Under the pieces are notes generated by a model. The model was not told where the DNA came from. It saw nothing but the letters and a program-made list of their open reading frames with translations, and did no database searches. From Felis catus (Eukaryota), in the NCBI RefSeq assembly GCF_018350175.1, contig NC_058382.1, positions 61,444,001 through 61,508,000 of the forward strand: a DNA stretch of 64,000 bases, given 5' to 3'. This document shows, piece by piece, positions 25,566 through 38,209 of the stretch; the stretch's first letter is position 1; every line of letters starts with the position of its first letter. The translations under genes and the position numbers were made by a program.

Positions 25566-27118
25566 CTGCAAACACAACGTTAAGAGGTGCTCAGCAAAAG
25601 CGGGGCCCTCCAGGGTCCCGGCCGTGCCAACAGCTCATCAAAGGCTACTTCTGTCCAGCAAGGCTGCACGGACCTCGAGGCCCCCAACTCTCAGCTCAGG
25701 GGGCGCAAAGGCTCGCCCTTTCCAGAACCCTGAAACGTTCACTCTGCCAGGCCGCTGTGCCACAGACTCGAAGTGGGAGTCTGGAGAAGTGCGGGTCTAA
25801 TAAGAAAGGGACCGCCCATAGAGCAGAAAAGCCAGAAAGGGATCGGAATGACCTCCGCAAGTCTGGGTCAGTGCACAGCAATCTGCAAACGTTCCAAAGC
25901 CTCAGCCTCCCCATCTGTGAAATGGGAACCAGGGGCCAGCAGGGCCTTGGCCAGGCTTGTGCAGAGTGCCTGGCACACAGACATTCAGATGCAGCGACGT
26001 TTCCCGAAGCTGATGAAGCCTCATGACACGACAAGGAAGGAAGAGCAGCGGGCAAGGGACATCACTGACAGGTCAGGAGTGACAAAGGGTGATGGGGCTG
26101 CCTGACAGTGGAGCCCTGAGGACAATTCACTGTGCCAGAGTCAGAGCTGCTGACAGCCGTAGCCAGCTTCTCGGGTGGAAGACCAGCCCCAGTCACGCAA
26201 GCAACGAGGAGACACCGAGCAGAAGGGGTGGCCTTCCCGAGGGCCAGACTGGCATGCAAACCCCCGTGTGCCAGGAAGCCTGGCCGCCCGGACTGGGGAG
26301 GGAGAGGGGTCTGCTTTTATCGTCAACACTGGCAACTAATTAAGAAACTTAAAAAGAAACAAACATATCAACAGTCATTACCTAACTCTCGGGACAGGAA
26401 TCTGAGCAATCCAGTCAGGCGTGTTATAAAAGCAGAAAATGCAGAAAACAAAGCAGCGTTGGTTGTACAGAGTTTAAGTACTGAATGACAGCATGTCGGA
26501 GGGTCACGAGAATTACTGGAGAACAGGCAATCAGGAGCCAAACAATGAAAGAACAGAGGGTTTCCCAAGGCCTGGGAATGCTGGAAAACTCTCCTGGTTT
26601 CTCAGGAAAGAACCGACTTCCAAGCTGGCCTCATCCCACATGACTTTGAAGCAAACCCAGACACCCCAACAACCACTCCTCAACGTGAACTACCAGAGAG
26701 CCACGCAGCGAGAAGGCTAACGTGGCAAATCCCGACCACGGGTGAATGTGAGTGCCGGCTTCAGGGCGCACTGAGGGTTTGGTGGCCAGAGGGCACGGGC
26801 AGGGAGGCACGAGGGGAGAGCCGAGGCAGTGAGAAGGTTGCTCCAGGAGTGTCCTACCGCCCGCCACGACCCTCAGGGATCTGGGCTCAGACCAGGTGAT
26901 GGAAGATTCCCGAAGAAAGGGGAATCTTGAGAGGGAGCAGGCGGACCAGAGGGTTTCTAGCGCTTTCCAGAGGTCGTCCTCACCTGATGTCACAATGGCA
27001 GAGAACGTGTTCAGGAACCAGCTGTTGATCCTTCGGGACTGTTTCAAATACCCAGGACCTTTAAGGCAATAGGCACTGTCCCCTGAGCACACCCAGCAGG
27101 CCTGCTCCCAGGACTTAC

Positions 27119-27185
27119 CAGCACTTCACCACCTTGTGCTGTGGGGACCCATCCTGCATGCCAGCGGCCAAAGCCTCGAGAGCGA
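27119..27185 (-). CDS. FANCA: FANCA exon 10 (67 nt)
   Basis: FALEALAAGMQDGSPQHKVVKCW; ag/gtaagt. Confidence 0.95.
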
Positions 27186-27611
27186 CTGAGGACAGATGGT
27201 GGGAACAGAAAACACATCAGCTCACCACCACAATCCATCAAAAACGACCCCCAACCAGTACTAGTGGACGAGTCAGGTAATGCATCTTTGGAGAAACCTC
27301 CTCCACTTCCAAATAACAGACCGCTGAGGCCTCCTAGGTCCCCACATGATACAAGTCCTCCCCATGCATCCCAGTGGTACCCGAGACGTAAGCCTTTTAA
27401 ATCAATCAAAACGCATAGACAATAAAATGCTTCCCTAATTAACTGTTACACTGGTTGTCATTTGTAGCTCTGGAGATTAAGTGCAAAGTCAGGAGAGACC
27501 GTAGAGGGTCAGTTCAGGTGAAGTACTTGAAATGCAAAGGCAGGAAACCTTGAGAATTCCTAATAAGCAAACGAACTCATGGACAGGCTGGGGCAGGAGC
27601 AGGTGACTCAC

Positions 27612-27645
27612 AGATCAGCATTCTCTGAAGTACAACAAATGCGAG
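27612..27645 (-). CDS. FANCA: FANCA exon 9 (34 nt)
   Basis: LAFVVLQRMLI; ag/gtgagt; length and phase bridge exons 8 and 10. Confidence 0.92.
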
Positions 27646-28128
27646 CTGTCAAAGCACAAGACAGAAGTCACCGTTAATCATATATGCGTATCACACAAGA
27701 AGACCGGTCGCTCTACAGCAAAATGAGAAAGTGCATCCTAGACAGCACCCCAACGCTGGGGAGACCCTGACAGTGAAAGGGCAGACTTTCTGGAAGCATC
27801 CATCATACTCCCTGGGACCCTGGCCCGAAGCCTGCTGGCCTCCCACAGCCCCTGGCTCAGAGGGTTGGCAGAGCTCTGCTGGTGGAAAGTTCTCCCTTCC
27901 CGCTCGTCTGAAAGCACAAGCTAGATTCTGGGCTTTCATGAAGGCCTTCACCCTCAAGAGCTGGATGAGGGAGTTAACATTACTCACGGAGCACCTCATG
28001 AAAACAAGATTCCCCCATCAAAGCTTATACACTATAACGTGGGTCAGTCAGATATTAGCCGCTTGTCCAGAAACTTGCATTCTCATAACGAACCGATTCC
28101 CAACTCTTCATATCACTTTTCCTCCTAC

Positions 28129-28211
28129 CTGGCCCATCTGTTCAGGCTCCACATTTCTTCTGAGATCCGAGTTTTTCTGAAATCCTCTCAAAACAAACAT
28201 TTGCACAAGAT
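28129..28211 (-). CDS. FANCA: FANCA exon 8 (83 nt)
   Basis: [28 protein letters not shown]; ag/gtagga. Confidence 0.96.
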
Positions 28212-30085
28212 CTGAAAGCCACAAAACCCAAAAACGTCAACGCACTGTAATCTTCAAATAGCTGTAGATGACACAGAGAACCCACTTTCCAGGGTCTGGA
28301 GCATGAAGACCCACAGGAGGCGTCACCCCACACACAAGCATTCACCAGCCCAACCCACAAAACCCTTCCTGAACCAGACTGTGCTCTTTGCCACTCTATT
28401 TGGAAGGGAAATTCTTATCATCCATCAAGTTTATGGGAAGGATTTTTCTCTTAAACAAAAAAGTAGCATCTGGGACATCTGGCTGGCTCAGTCAGTACAG
28501 CAGGTGACTCTTGATCTCGGGGTTGTTGAGTCTGACCCCCACATTGGGTGTAGGGATTACTTAAAAATTAAAAAAAAAAAAAAACAAAAAAACAAAACAC
28601 CATCTAAGGGTTTCATGTGGATTATTTCTTCAGCCAATCTCCTACCTCAAAATATAAGGACTGTTCCAGGAAGACCCAGAAGCACTACATTCAGGAGAAT
28701 GGGGCAGGAAATGGACCCATAAGTTCTGATAAAATTAAAGGACTGAAATCAAAAATGTTTTGTCTAATCTTCAATTTAAATTATCTGAGCCCAGACTACA
28801 GGATTCAGGAATCACAAGGAGCTCACATCCATCACCAAGAAAGCCTTAGGGAAAAGGAACATATCTTTTGTAACGTAAAAAAAAACTCACAAGCTGTGTG
28901 GAACATTCTACTTCTCATCTAATATGTTGCTTATTTGGAGATTTCATTCCTCAGAATTACTGACAACGGCAAGGCTCTGCTGGCTCAGAGAGCAGCCTAG
29001 GACAGGGCCCACCCAAAGGGAAAGACACCCAGAAAAAGACAAACGTGACAAGAAAACTGCCACTCTGAGCTACTGTCCAGGCAATGGACAGCATGGCGCC
29101 CCTGCTCTCACCCAGGGTCCGACAATGATTGGATCAGGCTGTGAGCTTAGCATGCCCGCCACACTTCCTGCTTTGCTTTTCCAGGGCACCTTTTGAAATA
29201 ACTACTTAGGGGACGCCAGGGTGGCTCAGGCGGTTAAGTGTCTGACTTGGGCTCAGGTCACGATCTCAGTTTGAGTCCAAACCCCACACCGGGCTCTGTT
29301 CTGACAGCGCAATCTCCTTGGGATTCTGCCTCCCTCTCTCTCTGCCCCTCCTCTGCATAGGCTCTTTCTCAAAAATAAACATTAAAAAAATAATAACCAC
29401 TTAGAGTTGAGCCCATAAAAAGTTGGTGACCTCAGGTCCAATCACCCCACAAGTAACGGGCACTCGTACCCTGTCTCCCGCTCGCTTGTGAACTTCCCTA
29501 GCTAACTGCAGCTCTCCTTTTCTGGGATCTGAAAGCAACAATTTCCGTGGCTTGACTTCCTTTCTGTGAGCACACTGGGGCTGCACCTCCAATCAACAGG
29601 GCCCCGGAGGTGTTCATCTCTCCGGAATGGGAGCTGAGGGGCTGAGGGAGCTCCCTGCAGACCCCGTGTGGTGGTGGCCTTGTAGCTCTTGGTCCGGCAG
29701 ATCGTAATCTGCATATTTTAAACACAGTAACCACCGGCCCCCGACACAGCGGGTCAACAGACGGACTTGGCGAAACTTCCACAAAATTCAAATATGAGCA
29801 AACAAAGGCGGGAGGCCTGGGTGGAGATGGTCTCACGCGGTGGTGACCCTAGATTTTCTTCTAGGTCGTTGGTGCACTGTGGCTTAATTACCGCATGTTG
29901 TGTGAAGCAGGGCTCCAACTTCACGTGTGGCCACTTGTCCCAATACCACTCGGTGAATGGACTGTTTTTTCCGGATTCCCATGCCAGGGGTGCAGGGCTG
30001 TCCTATTTCCCACAGACTGTCACAGAACAAAGCATTCCCGCTGACCTAAAGTTTATCCATGAATCTGCCCCTGTTGTGAACTTAC

Positions 30086-30195
30086 CAGAAAGCATAGCAC
30101 GGGCGATGTCATTGTACGGAGATGCTTCCATTTCCTCACACAGAAGGCACAGGTTCCTAAAGAGCCACGCCACTGTGGCCTGCGTGTCAGCATGA
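30086..30195 (-). CDS. FANCA: FANCA exon 7 (110 nt)
   Basis: [36 protein letters not shown]; ag/gtaagt. Confidence 0.95.
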
Positions 30196-30557
30196 CTAGG
30201 GACAAAGCACACACCATGTGCTCACCATCCCTCGATATCTACCAGGCCGTTTTCTTCCCCGGTCACTTCACTCAGAAGCTGGGGCACAGAGAACGATCTG
30301 GCGACCATGTGAGCTATTCCCAGAAGTCACAACGGGCCCAGCTGACATACACGGGGTATCGAAACAGCTGCTACTGACGTTAAAAATGATCATTTTCGGG
30401 GCACCCGGGTGGCTCAGTTGGTTAGGCATCTGACTTCGGTTCCGGTCATGATCTGACAGCTGGTTGAGTTCAAGCCCCATGTTAGGCTCTGTGCTGACAA
30501 CTGAGATCCTGGAGCCTACTTCGGATTCTGTGTCTCCCTCTCTCTCTGCCCTTCCCC

Positions 30558-30607
<50 letters not shown>

Positions 30608-31494
30608 AATAAACAAACATTAAAAAAATTTTAGGGGCAAAAAAAAGAAATTTTTTTTAGCGGTGCCTGGGTGGCTCAGTCAGTTAAGTGTCTGCCTTCA
30701 GTTCAGGTCATGATATCGCAGATTGTGAGTTTGAGCCCCACGTCAGGCTCTGTGCTGACAACTCAGAGCCTGGAGCCTGCGTTGGATTCTGGGTCTCCCT
30801 CTCTCTCTGCCCCTCCTCCAGTCGTGTTCTGTTGGTCTCTCACTCAAAAATAAAAACATTAAAAAAAATTTTTTTTTAATGTTTTTAAATAATCATTTTC
30901 AAAAAGTTTAGGGGCACCTGGATGGCTCAGCCGAGTCCAACTCTTTTTTTTTTAATTTTTTTTTTTAACATTTATTACTTATTTTTGAAAGAGAAAGACA
31001 TAGCATGAGCAGGGGAGGGGTTGAGAGGGAGACACAGAATCCGAAGCAGGCTCCAGGCTCTGAGCTGTCAGCACAGAGTCTGATGCGGGGCTCGAAGTCA
31101 CGAACCTCCAGATCATGACATGAGCTGAAGTTGGACGCCCAACCTACTGAGCCACCCAGGTGCCCCAGTTGAGTCCGACTTTTGATTTTGGCTCACATCA
31201 TGATCTCACACTTCGTGAGATCAAGGCCCATGTCAGGCTCTGTGCTGCCCACCGGCTCGCTCTCTCTCAAAATATATAAATAAGCTTTAACAAAAAAAAG
31301 TTTATTTGGAGTAGCTTACTACTAATCGAGTACAAAGCAAGCTCAATTGGAGTAAAATAATCAAAAACAAAACAAAACAGCAGCGATTTGAAGCTATGTG
31401 GTCATCGAGGGCATCAGGCACGCACACCTCCATTTGGAGCCTGGACCCAGAAGCAGGAGCAGTGGGTGGGGTGGTGGGAGGGGTCCTCACCAGT

Positions 31495-33560
31495 CAGACT
31501 TGCATTTCTCTGGTGACTAACGACATCTGGCATCTTTTCGTGCACTTAGCCTTACGTGTATGCTCTTCAGACAAATGTCTATTGAAACCCTTGGTCCATT
31601 TTTACTTGGATTGTCTTTTTACTGTTGAGATGTAAGAGTTCTTTACGCTAGATACTAGACAATCAGATACATGATTTGCAAATAATTTCTCCCATTCTAG
31701 GTGTCGTCTTTTCACGGTCTTAACAGTCTTAAGAATGTTGCACACAAAAATTTTAAAACTTGATGAAGCACAATTTTCCTCGACATTTTCTTTTGTACCA
31801 TGAATTTTAGGCATCTTTTCCAAGAAACCATTGCCTAATCTAAGCTCGTGCAGACATAACCCTAGATTTTCTTCTATAAGTTTTATGGCTTTAGCGCTTA
31901 TGTCTGGGTCTTTAGTGCACTGTGACTTAATTGCTATATGTTGTGTGAGGCAGGGATCCAACTTCATTCTTTTGCATGTGTAGGTTCAGTTGTCCCAATA
32001 CCACTTGTTGAACAGACTATTTTTCCCCTGTCCAATGGTCTCAGCACCCTTGTCGAAAATCATGACATATACGTATGGGTTTACGTCCGGACTGGAAATC
32101 CTATCCCATTACTCTAGGTCTACCCTTATGCCTGCACCACAGCCTAGCTTTGTAGTAAATTCTGCAGACAGGACCTGTGACTCCCCAACACTGTCCTTCT
32201 TTCTGAAGGAATTTTGGCTAGTCAGGGTCCCTTGTACCTCCATATCAAAATCAGAATCAGCTGGTCATGGGAATGCAAGCTGGTGTAGCCATTCTGGAAA
32301 ACAGTGTGGAGGTTCCTCGAAAAACTAAAACTAGAACTACCCTACGACCCAGCAATTGCACTACTAGGCATTTATCCATGGGATACAGGTGTGCTGTTTC
32401 AAAGGGATATATATACACCCCCGTGTTTATAGCAGCAGTATCGACAATAGCCAAAGTATGGAAAGAGCCCAAATGTCCACCGATGGATGAATGAATAAAG
32501 AAGATGTGGTATATATATATACAATGGAGTATTACTCGGCAATCAAAAAGAATGAAATCTTGCCATTTGCAACCACGTGGATGGAACTGGAGGGTATCAT
32601 GCTAAGTGAAATTAGTCAGTCAGAGAAAGACAAAACTCATATGACTTCACTCATATGAGGACTTTAAAAGACAAAACAGGGGCGCCTGGGTGGCGCAGTC
32701 GGTTAAGCGTCCGACTTCAACCAGGTCACGAACTCGCGGTCCGTGAGTTCGAGCCCCGCGTCAGGCTCTGGGCTGATGGCTCAGAGCCTGGAGCCTGTTT
32801 CCGATTCTGTGTCTCCCTCTCTCTCTGCCCCTCCCTCGTTCATGCTCTGTCTCTCTCTGTCCCAAAAATAAATAAACGTTGGAAAAAAAAAATTTTTAAA
32901 AAAATAAAATAAAATAAATAAAAGACAAAACAGATGAACATAAGGGAAGGGAAACAAAAATAATATAAAAACAGGGAGGGGGACAAAACAGAAGAGACTC
33001 ATAAATATGGAGAACAAACTGCTGAAAATTACTGGAGGGGTTGTGCTAGAGGAGATGGGCTAAATGGGTGAGGGGCACTAAGGAATCTACTCCTGAAATC
33101 ACTGTTGCACCATATGCTAATTTGGTTGTAAATTTTAAAAAATAAAAAAAGAATCAGCTTGTCAATGTATGCAAAAAAGCCAGGCTAGATTTTGATGGAG
33201 ATTATACTGAACGTATAGATCACTGCAAGGAAGTGTATAGAAGGAGTACTGCTATCTTAACAACATTAAGTGCTCCAATCCATGAACATGAAACGCCTAT
33301 TTATTTAGGTCTTCGTTTCCCTCCATTATGCTTTATAATTTCTAGTATACAAGTCCTTCACTTCTTTTACTTTATACCTAATTTAATCGTTTCAATATTC
33401 TTTTTAATGGAATTACTTTGTTTTCAGATTGTTCACTGTTCTTGTATAAACACACGATTGACTTGTATGTTGATGTTGTTTCCTGCAACCTTGCTAAACC
33501 AGCTTAGTAGCTCTAATAGTTGACAGTGTGGATTCTTTAGAGTTTTCTATATGCAAGATG
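31495..33560 (-). mobile_element. Older L1 ORF2 fragment (minus), split by a younger L1 insertion
   Basis: ORF 31602-31967 KLDPCLTQH...EWEKLFANHVSD is ORF2-like; homology resumes after 33150. Confidence 0.85.
32263..33149 (+). mobile_element. 5'-truncated younger carnivore/felid L1 3' end containing a SINE (32679-32919)
   Basis: TSD AGAATCAGCT at 32253 and 33150; ORF2 end, 3'UTR and A tail; internal SINE with TSD AAAAGACAAAACA. Confidence 0.9.
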
Positions 33561-34365
33561 GTATCCTCTATTTGTAGAGGATGTTTATTTAATGTTTATT
33601 TATTTATTTTGTGAGGGAGACAGAGAAAGCTTGAGCAGTGGAGGGGCAGAGAGAGAGGGAGACAGAGAATCATAAGCAGGTTCTGTACTGCCAGCACAGA
33701 GCCCAATACAGGCCTCAACCCCATGAACCATAAGATCACGAGCTGAACTCAAAACCAAGAGTCGGACGTTTAACCAACTGAGCCACCAAGGCACCACTCT
33801 TTTATAATTTTTAACAATATTTTATCAGAAGGGCACCCGGCTGGTTCAGACGGTAGAGCGTGCAACTCTTGACCCCAGGGTTATGAGTTTAAGCCCCACT
33901 TTGGTGTGAACATTACTTAAAAATAAAATCTTAAAAAAAAAATTATCACATGACATATCTCATACAAAGAAAACGTTACCAGGACACCTGGGGGTTTCAG
34001 TCAGTTGAGCATCTGACTTTGGCTCAGGTCGTGATCTCACGGTTCATGAGTTCAAGCCCCACGTCAGGTTCATTGCTGTCAGCCTGTAGCGCAGAGCCCA
34101 CTTCCGATCCTCTGCCCCCCTCTCTCTGGCCCTCCCCTGCCTGCACTTTCCCAAAAACAAACGTTAAAAAAAGAAAAAAAAAGAAAACATGACCAAGTCT
34201 GGGCATTACCACAACTTCAACCATAACAAATGTTCTCTTTAAATAATGAAGAGTTTCAGTGATTTTTGGCTTTAACATATAAATAAGTAATTCATTAGCA
34301 GGTTAGATTACAAAAAATAAATCATGTAATATTAAGGTAATGTTAAATTATCACCGGTACACTAC

Positions 34366-34439
34366 CTTTCCAGCAGCTCTTGGAAGCTCACAACGTTTTG
34401 TATGTGAAGCTGCCACACGACCTCAAGCAACAAAGAACC
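34366..34439 (-). CDS. FANCA: FANCA exon 6 (74 nt)
   Basis: GSLLLEVVWQLHIQNVVSFQELLE; ag/gtagtg. Confidence 0.95.
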
Positions 34440-36790
34440 CTAAAGAAAATAACCGTACTGTGAGTCCATCACGCGCACACTTCCCCGCAATGTGCAGGCT
34501 GCGTACATGAGCACTGTGCTCTATGTAGAACTAAAGTGGGGTAACAATCACGCCCTAAGATACACACTGGATCCACTTTGGCTTTAACTCACCAAGTAGG
34601 GGCGCCCGGGGGGCTCAGTCGGTTAAGCTTTCAACTCTTGATTTCGGCTCAGGTCACGACCCCAAGGTTCATGAAATCAAGCCCCCTGCCAGACTCTACA
34701 CTGACAGCACACTGCCTGCTTGGGACCCTCTTTCTCTCTCTCTGCCCCTCCCCCACTCGTGTAAGCTCTCTCAAAATAAATATTAAAAAAAATAAAACTA
34801 AGGGGCATCTGGGTGGCTCGGTCGGTTGAGTGTCCGACTTCGGTTCAGGTCACGATCTCACGGTCCCTGAGTCTGAGCCCGGCGTCGGGCTCTATGCTGA
34901 TGGCTCGGAGCCTGGAGCCTGCTTCCGATTCTGGGTCTCCCCCTCTCTCTGCCCCTCCCCTGTTCACGTTCTGTGTCTCTTTCTTTCTCTCAAAAATAAA
35001 CATTACACATTTTTAACAAAAAATAAATAAAAATCAACTCACCAAGCCTTCAGTCACTCACCATTACCATCCTTCACCTCCTCCTCCCCCCTCCCCCTGG
35101 CACCCTACCCAGTCTCTACTCTAACTTGCTTCAGTGCCTTTCTCCCATGTGTTCCAAAACAGAGACTGGACCTCTCAACATCTGCTCTTGTTAGAACTCT
35201 CCAGTGGCCCTTCACAGCTTCCAGAGCAAGGCTGAGACTCTTGGATGCAGCACAGGCCAGCTGTGACCCAGCTTCTGTCCCTCTTGTTCTCTCCTATCCC
35301 AGTGAGGTCCTCCCTTCTGGAGCAGACACCCCTCCTCCTCCCCGCCAGGACACCTCACCCAAGTCAGCTCTGTCTCCCACTGTCCGCTTCGTCCTACTCT
35401 CCACCCAGCAAAATGGCACTCTCCCTTCACACACCATGCAGCTGCCAGCTCTCTTAGAAAGCCTTTCCCAGGGGTGCCTGGGTGATTCGGTTGAGAGTTT
35501 GACCCCAGCTCGGGTCATGATCTCACGTGAGTTCAAGCCCAGGCTCGGGCTCTCCTCTGTCAGCACGGAGCCCGCTTCAGATCCTCTGTCCCACTCTCTC
35601 TCCGCACCTCCCCTGCTCATACTCCCTCTCTCAAAAACATTAAAAAAAAAAGAAAAAAAGCAAGCAAGCAAACAAGCAAGCTTTTCCTAGGGACACCTGG
35701 GTGGCTCTGTTGGTTAAGCATCTGACTCTTAATCTTGGCTCAGGTCATGATCTCACTGTTTGTGGGTTTAAGACCCACGTGAGGCTCCACTCCAACAGCA
35801 AGGAGCCTGCTTGGGATTCTCTCCCTCTCTCTTCTCTCCCTCTCTCCTCTCTCTCTGTCTCTGCTGTCCCCCACTGGCACATGCATGTACTCTCTCAAAA
35901 TGAATAAACATAAAAAAAAATAAAATAAAAAAGCAAGCCTTTCCTAACCACCCGATCATACAGCTGTCACTCTTCCCTGCACACCTGTGACTAGTGTGCA
36001 TTCAGCTGCCCCTCCCTGTAACTACAGTAAGCGCCAGGACCGTATCAACTGCTGCCAAATCAGGTGAACTCTATAATGTATGCTGGATAAGAGAATGGGG
36101 GGAAGCCATGAGTGCACCATTACCTGAGTTTTCTCTTACCTTTTCTATATTCATACTGATCTCATTTAATAACCAAATAATTCCCTTGAGTTCTGTCAAC
36201 TATTCAAAAATCTGCAAGACTACTGAATTAAAAATGTTTCAAAAAAATAAAACAGATAAGGATCTTTTTTTTAATAATAATTTTTATGGGTGTCTGGGTG
36301 GCTCAGCTGGTAAGCAACCAACTCTTGGTTTCGGTTCAGGTCATGATCTCATGTTTTGTGGGTTCAAGTCTCACGTCAGGCTCCATGCTGGCAGCATAGA
36401 GCCTGCTTGATTTTTCTCTTTCCCTCTCTCTCTCAAAATAAATAAACTTTGGGAAGAAAAAAAAAGAATAATTATTAAATTGCATTTCTCTGGTTTACTA
36501 CACTGTCCTGGAAAATTGTTCATAATTACATATAAGAAGATAGAACACCATGTGTCTGTGGTACGTTCTAGTAAGCGATACTAATTATGGGTGAATACCA
36601 ACAAATCCAGTAACTGAAGGCACTTCTTTCCACCCACAGAGGCATCTGCTGAATGCTTTCATCCCCCAGTCTGTGATTAATGAGACGCTGGCTGGAACCC
36701 CTGAGAACATCCAGGGACTCTCTGGGCTCGACCCAAACCAAGAGGCTACTGGAGAAACCCTGAAAGTCAGAGCCACAATGTCCAATTTAC

Positions 36791-36886
36791 CTGTACTTCC
36801 CAGAGCTCCTGACACAAGGAGAATCGGGAGAACATACTGTGTGCCAGTAAATACTGAGCCACCTCCAACAAGGAAGACAGTTTCTT
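36791..36886 (-). CDS. FANCA: FANCA exon 5 (96 nt)
   Basis: [32 protein letters not shown]; ag/gtaaat. Confidence 0.96.
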
Positions 36887-37022
36887 CTGAAAAGAGAGAT
36901 TAAATCTTTAAAAAAAGTAATAATAAGCAAACACTTGAAACAACATTAAAGAAACGTACTGCTTTTCCCAACAGCTCCAGAGCAACGAGTGCGCACAGCG
37001 TGCCCATCGCCCGGCGTCTCAC

Positions 37023-37165
37023 CCTTTGCTCTGCGCTCAGCAGCACCCTGTGCGAGGACTCGCCATCAGACACACAGATCTGCGTGATGCTGGAGGCCAC
37101 CAACCGGCTGGACAGCACTGCCACAGGGACACCCAGCCTTGAAGCTTGATCCCGCAAAGCAGAGC
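37023..37165 (-). CDS. FANCA: FANCA exon 4 (143 nt)
   Basis: [48 protein letters not shown]; ag/gtgaga. Confidence 0.96.
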
Positions 37166-38209
37166 CTTAAAGACAGAACAAAACATGAGGGACACACTAC
37201 AAAATCTAAAACAGAAGACCTGGCGTTTAAAAAGCCTTTTAAGCTGCAGCCGCCCAGAAAATGGTCTTCTGAAAGGGAGCACAGATCTAGAGGGAAAAAC
37301 AAGGGATGGAAATAAGACCATTTCGTGACTGAAGCGACAATGGTCAGCATTCGAAGCCCACAGTTGCACGTGCCAACGTCTCCGTGTGACACAAATAAGG
37401 GAGCTTGGCAGATATATTCTTAGAACTTGATCAAAGTTTTCCAAGGAGCACAGTCAATTGGCAACTACGGTGACTCCTGCAATGGGTTCCTGTCTTTGTA
37501 ATGACTTCAGTGTCAAAACCAGACCTGCTTCCACAGACTTTATACTGATGTTTGGCAAGTGGGTCGTTTCCAAATGCTGTGCCACACATTGGTGGGTAGT
37601 AGAGACCACAGGTGTGGTCAGCCCTCGGACTGGCAGGTGGAGCCTAAATGCTGAGCCCACAGGCAGCCACCAGCCTCCTGAGTATTCAGCCTCTGGTCTG
37701 CATTCAATCAAGTGAGGACCCCAATCAGCCTAGAGAAGGTAATGCCTACAAGCAAACTGCCATCTCATTTATTTGACTTCCAAAACTAGGGGTTTTTTTG
37801 TATTTTTTTAAAAAGCTGTAGCACAAGCCCATCATCTTCAGGGTTCTGAAAACACATACCAATATGTAAATGAAAACAATAATAGTTACAAAGATTGCAA
37901 ATGACGATATTAGAAATCATCAACTATAGGGGGTGCCTGGGTGGCTCAGTCGGTTAAGCGTCCAACTTCGGCTCAGGTCATGATCTCAGGGTTCATGAGT
38001 TTGAGCCCCAGGTCAGGCTCTGTGCTGATAGCTCAGAGCCTGAAGCCTGCTTCAGATTCTGTGTCTCCCTTTCTCTCTGCCCCTCCCCTGCTCACACGCT
38101 GTCTCTCTTGCTCAAAAATAAATAAAAACATTAAAAATTTTTTTTAATTATTAATTATAGAGGTGAAGAAATAATTCATGGTAGAAGGGAAGAAAATGCT
38201 AATTTCTAG

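Noticed and set aside
26631..27092. 153-aa ORF in FANCA intron 10 on the sense strand
   Set aside because: No similarity to recalled FANCA or any known protein, and exon 10 read-through hits TAA before it.
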